64,000 bases of DNA from the human T2T-CHM13v2.0 reference genome, Homo sapiens. The DNA is taken from the NCBI RefSeq assembly GCF_009914755.1, contig NC_060936.1. One strand, written 5' to 3'. Below, in pieces: positions 54,435-64,000 of this stretch. The notes below the pieces were generated by a model. The model was not told where the DNA came from, did not search any database, and worked only from the letters and a program-made list of their open reading frames with translations. Every line of letters starts with the position of its first letter. Within the stretch, counting starts at the first letter, position 1. The translations under genes were made by a program, and so were the position numbers.

Positions 54435-57400
54435 TTTTTTTAAAAATTTTTTATTGATACATATTATTTAATATTGTACATATTACTGGGGTACATGTGG
54501 TATGTTGTTGCATGCATGGAATGTGTAATAATCAGGTCAGGGTATTTAGGATATCCATCACCACAACCATTGATAATTTCTATGTGTTGAGAACATTTTA
54601 AGTCCTCACCTCTAGCTATTTTGAAATGTACAACACATTTTTGTTAACTACAGCACCCTACTCTACTATCAAATATTAGCACTTGTTCATTCTATCTATT
54701 ATATGTTTGTACCCATTAAACCTCCCTTCACAGCCCCTCCCTTCCCTCTGCACACATATCTACATCCTTCCCAGCCTCTGGTAACTATCATTCTACTCTA
54801 CCCACGAGAGATTAACTTTTTTAGCTCCCACATGTGAGTGAGTACATGTGCTATTTGTCTTTCTGTGTCTGGCTTATTTCACTTCCAGTTCCACCCATGT
54901 TGCTGCAAATGACACGATTTCATTCTTTTTTAATGGATGGATAGTATTCTGTTTTGTAAATTTACCACATTTTGTTATCCGTTCATCTACTGAAGTATGC
55001 TTAGGTTGATTCCATATCTTTGCTATTGTGAATAGTGCTGTAATAAACATGGGGGTGCATATATTGTTTTGATAGACTGTTTTCCTTTTATTTGGATAAA
55101 TAGCCAGTAATGAGGTTGCTGGATCATACTGCCATTCTACTTTTAGTTTTTTGAGATGTCTCCACATTCTTTTCCGTAATGACAGTACTAATTTACATTC
55201 TCACCAACAGTGTATGAGAGTTCTCTTTTCTCCATGTCCTTGCTGTTTGTTATTTTTTTGTTTTTTGATAATAGCCATTCTAACTGAAATAAGATGATAC
55301 CTTATCGTGATTTTGATTTGCATTTCCCTAATGACTAGTGACGTTGAGCATTTTTTTTTAAATATACCTTTTGGGCATTTGTATGTCTTCTTTTGAGAAG
55401 TGTCTATATCCTTTGCCCACTTTTTAACGGGTTGTTTGTTTTTTTCCTGTTGAGTCATTTGAGTTTCTTGTATATTCTGGATATTAGTCCTTTGTCAGAT
55501 TAATAATTTGCAAATATTTTCTTTCATTCAACAGGTTGTCTCTTCACTCTGATGATTGTTTCCTTTACTGTGAAGAAGCTTTTTAGTTTAATATAGTCCC
55601 ACTTATCTATTTTTTTCTTCTTGTCTCTGCTTTTGAAGTCTAAGTCATAAAATCTTTGCCTAGACCAATGTCCTGGAGTGTTTCTTCTGTATTTTCTTCT
55701 AATAGTTTTATTGTTTCAAGCTATACATTTAAGTCTTTAATATTTTGAGTTGATTTTTGTATATGGTGAGAAGTGGTTGTCTAGTTTAATTCTTCCACAT
55801 ATGGATTTCTAGTTTACCCAGCACCATTTATTGAAGGTGTCCTTTCCCCAAGATATATTTGTGACACCTTTGTCAACAATCAGTTGGCTGTAAATATATG
55901 GGTTTATTTCTGGGTTCTCATTCTGTTTCATTGGTCCATGTGCCTGTTTTTGTATCAATATCATGCTGTTTGGTTACTATAGCCTTGTAATATATTTTGA
56001 AGTTGGGTAGTGTGATGCCTCCACCTTTGTTCTTTTTGCTCAGGATTGCTTTGGCTACTTTGGCTGTTTATTGGGTTCCATACAAATTTTAGGATTGTTT
56101 TTCGATGTCTGTGAAAAATTTATTGACAGAGATTACATTGACTCTGTAGATTGCTTTGGGTAGTATGATTATTTTAACAATACTCATTATTCCAATCCAG
56201 GAGCATTGGATGTCTTTCCATTTGTATCTTCATCAATTTATTTTATCAAATATTTGTAGTTTCCTTTGTAGAGGCCTTTCACCTCCTTAGTTAAATTTAT
56301 TCCTAGATATTTTATTTTTATATGTTGTAGGTATATAATGGGATTGCTTTCTTGATTTGTTTTTCAGATAGTTCATTATTGATGTATACATATTCTACTG
56401 ATGTTTGTTGACTTTCTGTCCTGTAACTTTACTGAATTTATCAAATCTAAGAGCTTTTTTTTTGGTGGAGTCTAGGTTTTTCTAAATATAAGATCATGTC
56501 ATCTGCAAAGAGGGACAATTTGACTTTCCCTTTTCCAGTTTGGATGCCTTTTGTTTCTTTCTCTTGCCTCATTGCTCTGGCTAGGACCTCCAATACCATG
56601 TTGAATAGGAGTGGTGAAAGAGCATCTTTGTCTTGTTCTAGTTCTTAAAAGAAAGGCTTTCAGGTTTTTCCCATTCAGTATGATGCCTGTGGGCTTGTCA
56701 TAGATGACCTTTATTATATTCAGATATGTTCCTTCTGTGCTTAGTTTGTTGAATGTTTTTATCATGAATGGGTGTTGAATTTTATTGCATGCTTTTCCTG
56801 AATTAATTGGTAGGATAATATGGTTTTTGTCCTTCATTCTGTTGATGTTTTATATCACATTGATTGATTTGCATATGTTGAACCATTCTTATATCCCTAG
56901 GATAATCCACTTGATGATCATGTATTATCTTTTTTTAAGTACTTTTGGATTTGGTTTGCTAGTGTATTGTTGAGGATTTTTGTGTCTATTCATCAGGAAT
57001 ATTGGCCTATAATTTTCTTTTTGTTGTATCCTTGCCTGGTTTTGATATCAGAGTAATCCGGCTTCATATAATGAGTTAGGAAGATTTTCTCCTCTTCAAT
57101 ATTTTGTGTAGTTGATCTGTCTTATGCTGAGAGTGTGGCATTGAAGTCTCCAACTCTTATTGTATTGGTGTCTCTCTCTATTTAGATCTAATAGTATTTG
57201 CTTTATGAATCTTGTTGCTCTAGTGTTGGGTGCATATATATATATTTAGAAATGTTGTATCCTCCTGCTGAATTGATCCTTTTACCATTATATAATGACC
57301 TTTGGTTTCTTTGAAGTGTTTTTGACTTAAAGCCTGCTCACTTTTGGTTTCCTTTTGTGTGGAATATCTTTTTACATCCCTTTACTTTCAGTCTATATAT

Positions 57401-58005
57401 GTCTTAAGAGATGAATTGAGTTTCTTGTGGGTAGCATATAGTTGTGTTATGGTTTCTTATTCATGCAGTGGATCCATATCTTTTAATGGGAAATTTTAAT
57501 CAGTTTACATTCAAGGTTACTCTTGATATGTGAGGACTGATTTCTGTCATGTTATCAATTGTCTTCTGGTTGTATTTCTTTTGTTATTTCTCTCTTACTA
57601 TATATATTAATGGTTTGATTTTCTGGTGTGGTAACATTTGAGTCGTTTTTCTTCCTTATTTGTATCTTTGCTCTACCAGTTAGTTTTATACTTTCATGCA
57701 TTTTCGTTATAGTAGATATCATCCCTTCACTTTGAGGTGAAAAAGTCACCAAGCAATTCTTGTAGGGCAGATCTAGTGGTGATGAATCTCCTGCTTTCTT
57801 TTTCTTTTCTTTTCTTTTTTGGCTTGGAAATGTTTTTATTTCTCTTTCATTTTTGAAGGATAGCCTTTCTGGGTATTCCTGGCTACCAGAATATATCATC
57901 CCTTTCTCTCCTGGCCTATAAGATTTCTGTTAAAAATTCATTGTTAGTCTAATAAGAATTCACTTACATATGACAACTTCTCTCTTGTTTTTAGAATTAT
58001 TTGTC
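54435..58005 (-). mobile_element. L1MA-type element (3'UTR, ORF2 fragments, ORF1 end)
   Basis: L1MA 3' end (GGGGTACATGTG...); degenerate ORF2 peptides in the ORF track (54874-56837); ORF1-like YPERLSFKNEREIKTF. Confidence 0.85.
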
Positions 58006-58011
58006 TTTGAG

Positions 58012-64000
<5,989 letters not shown>

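Overview
Primate, almost certainly human, genomic DNA: Alu-, L1- and MIR-rich, with a young AluYa5. Two genes sit head-to-head. On the minus strand are coding exons 1-3 of the peroxisomal ABC half-transporter ABCD2 (ALDR): 13488-12550, 11041-10861 and 1588-1473, after which the gene continues off the left edge. On the plus strand are coding exons 1-7 of C12orf40/REDIC1 (20210-44229), whose TE-filled intron 7 runs off the right edge. All exon phases join in frame. Most notable non-routine observations: (i) the ABCD2 leader has a long hairpin that pairs fully only on the mRNA strand, plus three uORFs; (ii) the ABCD2 promoter carries a 138-bp tandem duplication next to the DR-4/SRE and a third, inverted, CpG-decayed copy about 1.2 kb upstream, and the unit contains a perfect 16-bp palindrome; (iii) a GAA/TTC repeat appears to have grown from the tail of a 29-nt U2 snRNA retrocopy; (iv) an L1 shows a textbook twin-primed 5' inversion; (v) C12orf40 exons 2-7 form a 663-nt frame-symmetric block bracketed by three kinds of inverted TE pairs, a circRNA candidate; (vi) a near full-length antisense L1PA retains its antisense-promoter splice donors, which point into C12orf40. 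I see no clear evidence of a wholly new multi-gene system; the best candidates for undescribed biology are regulatory. Repeat subfamily calls come from recalled consensus features, not a database search.
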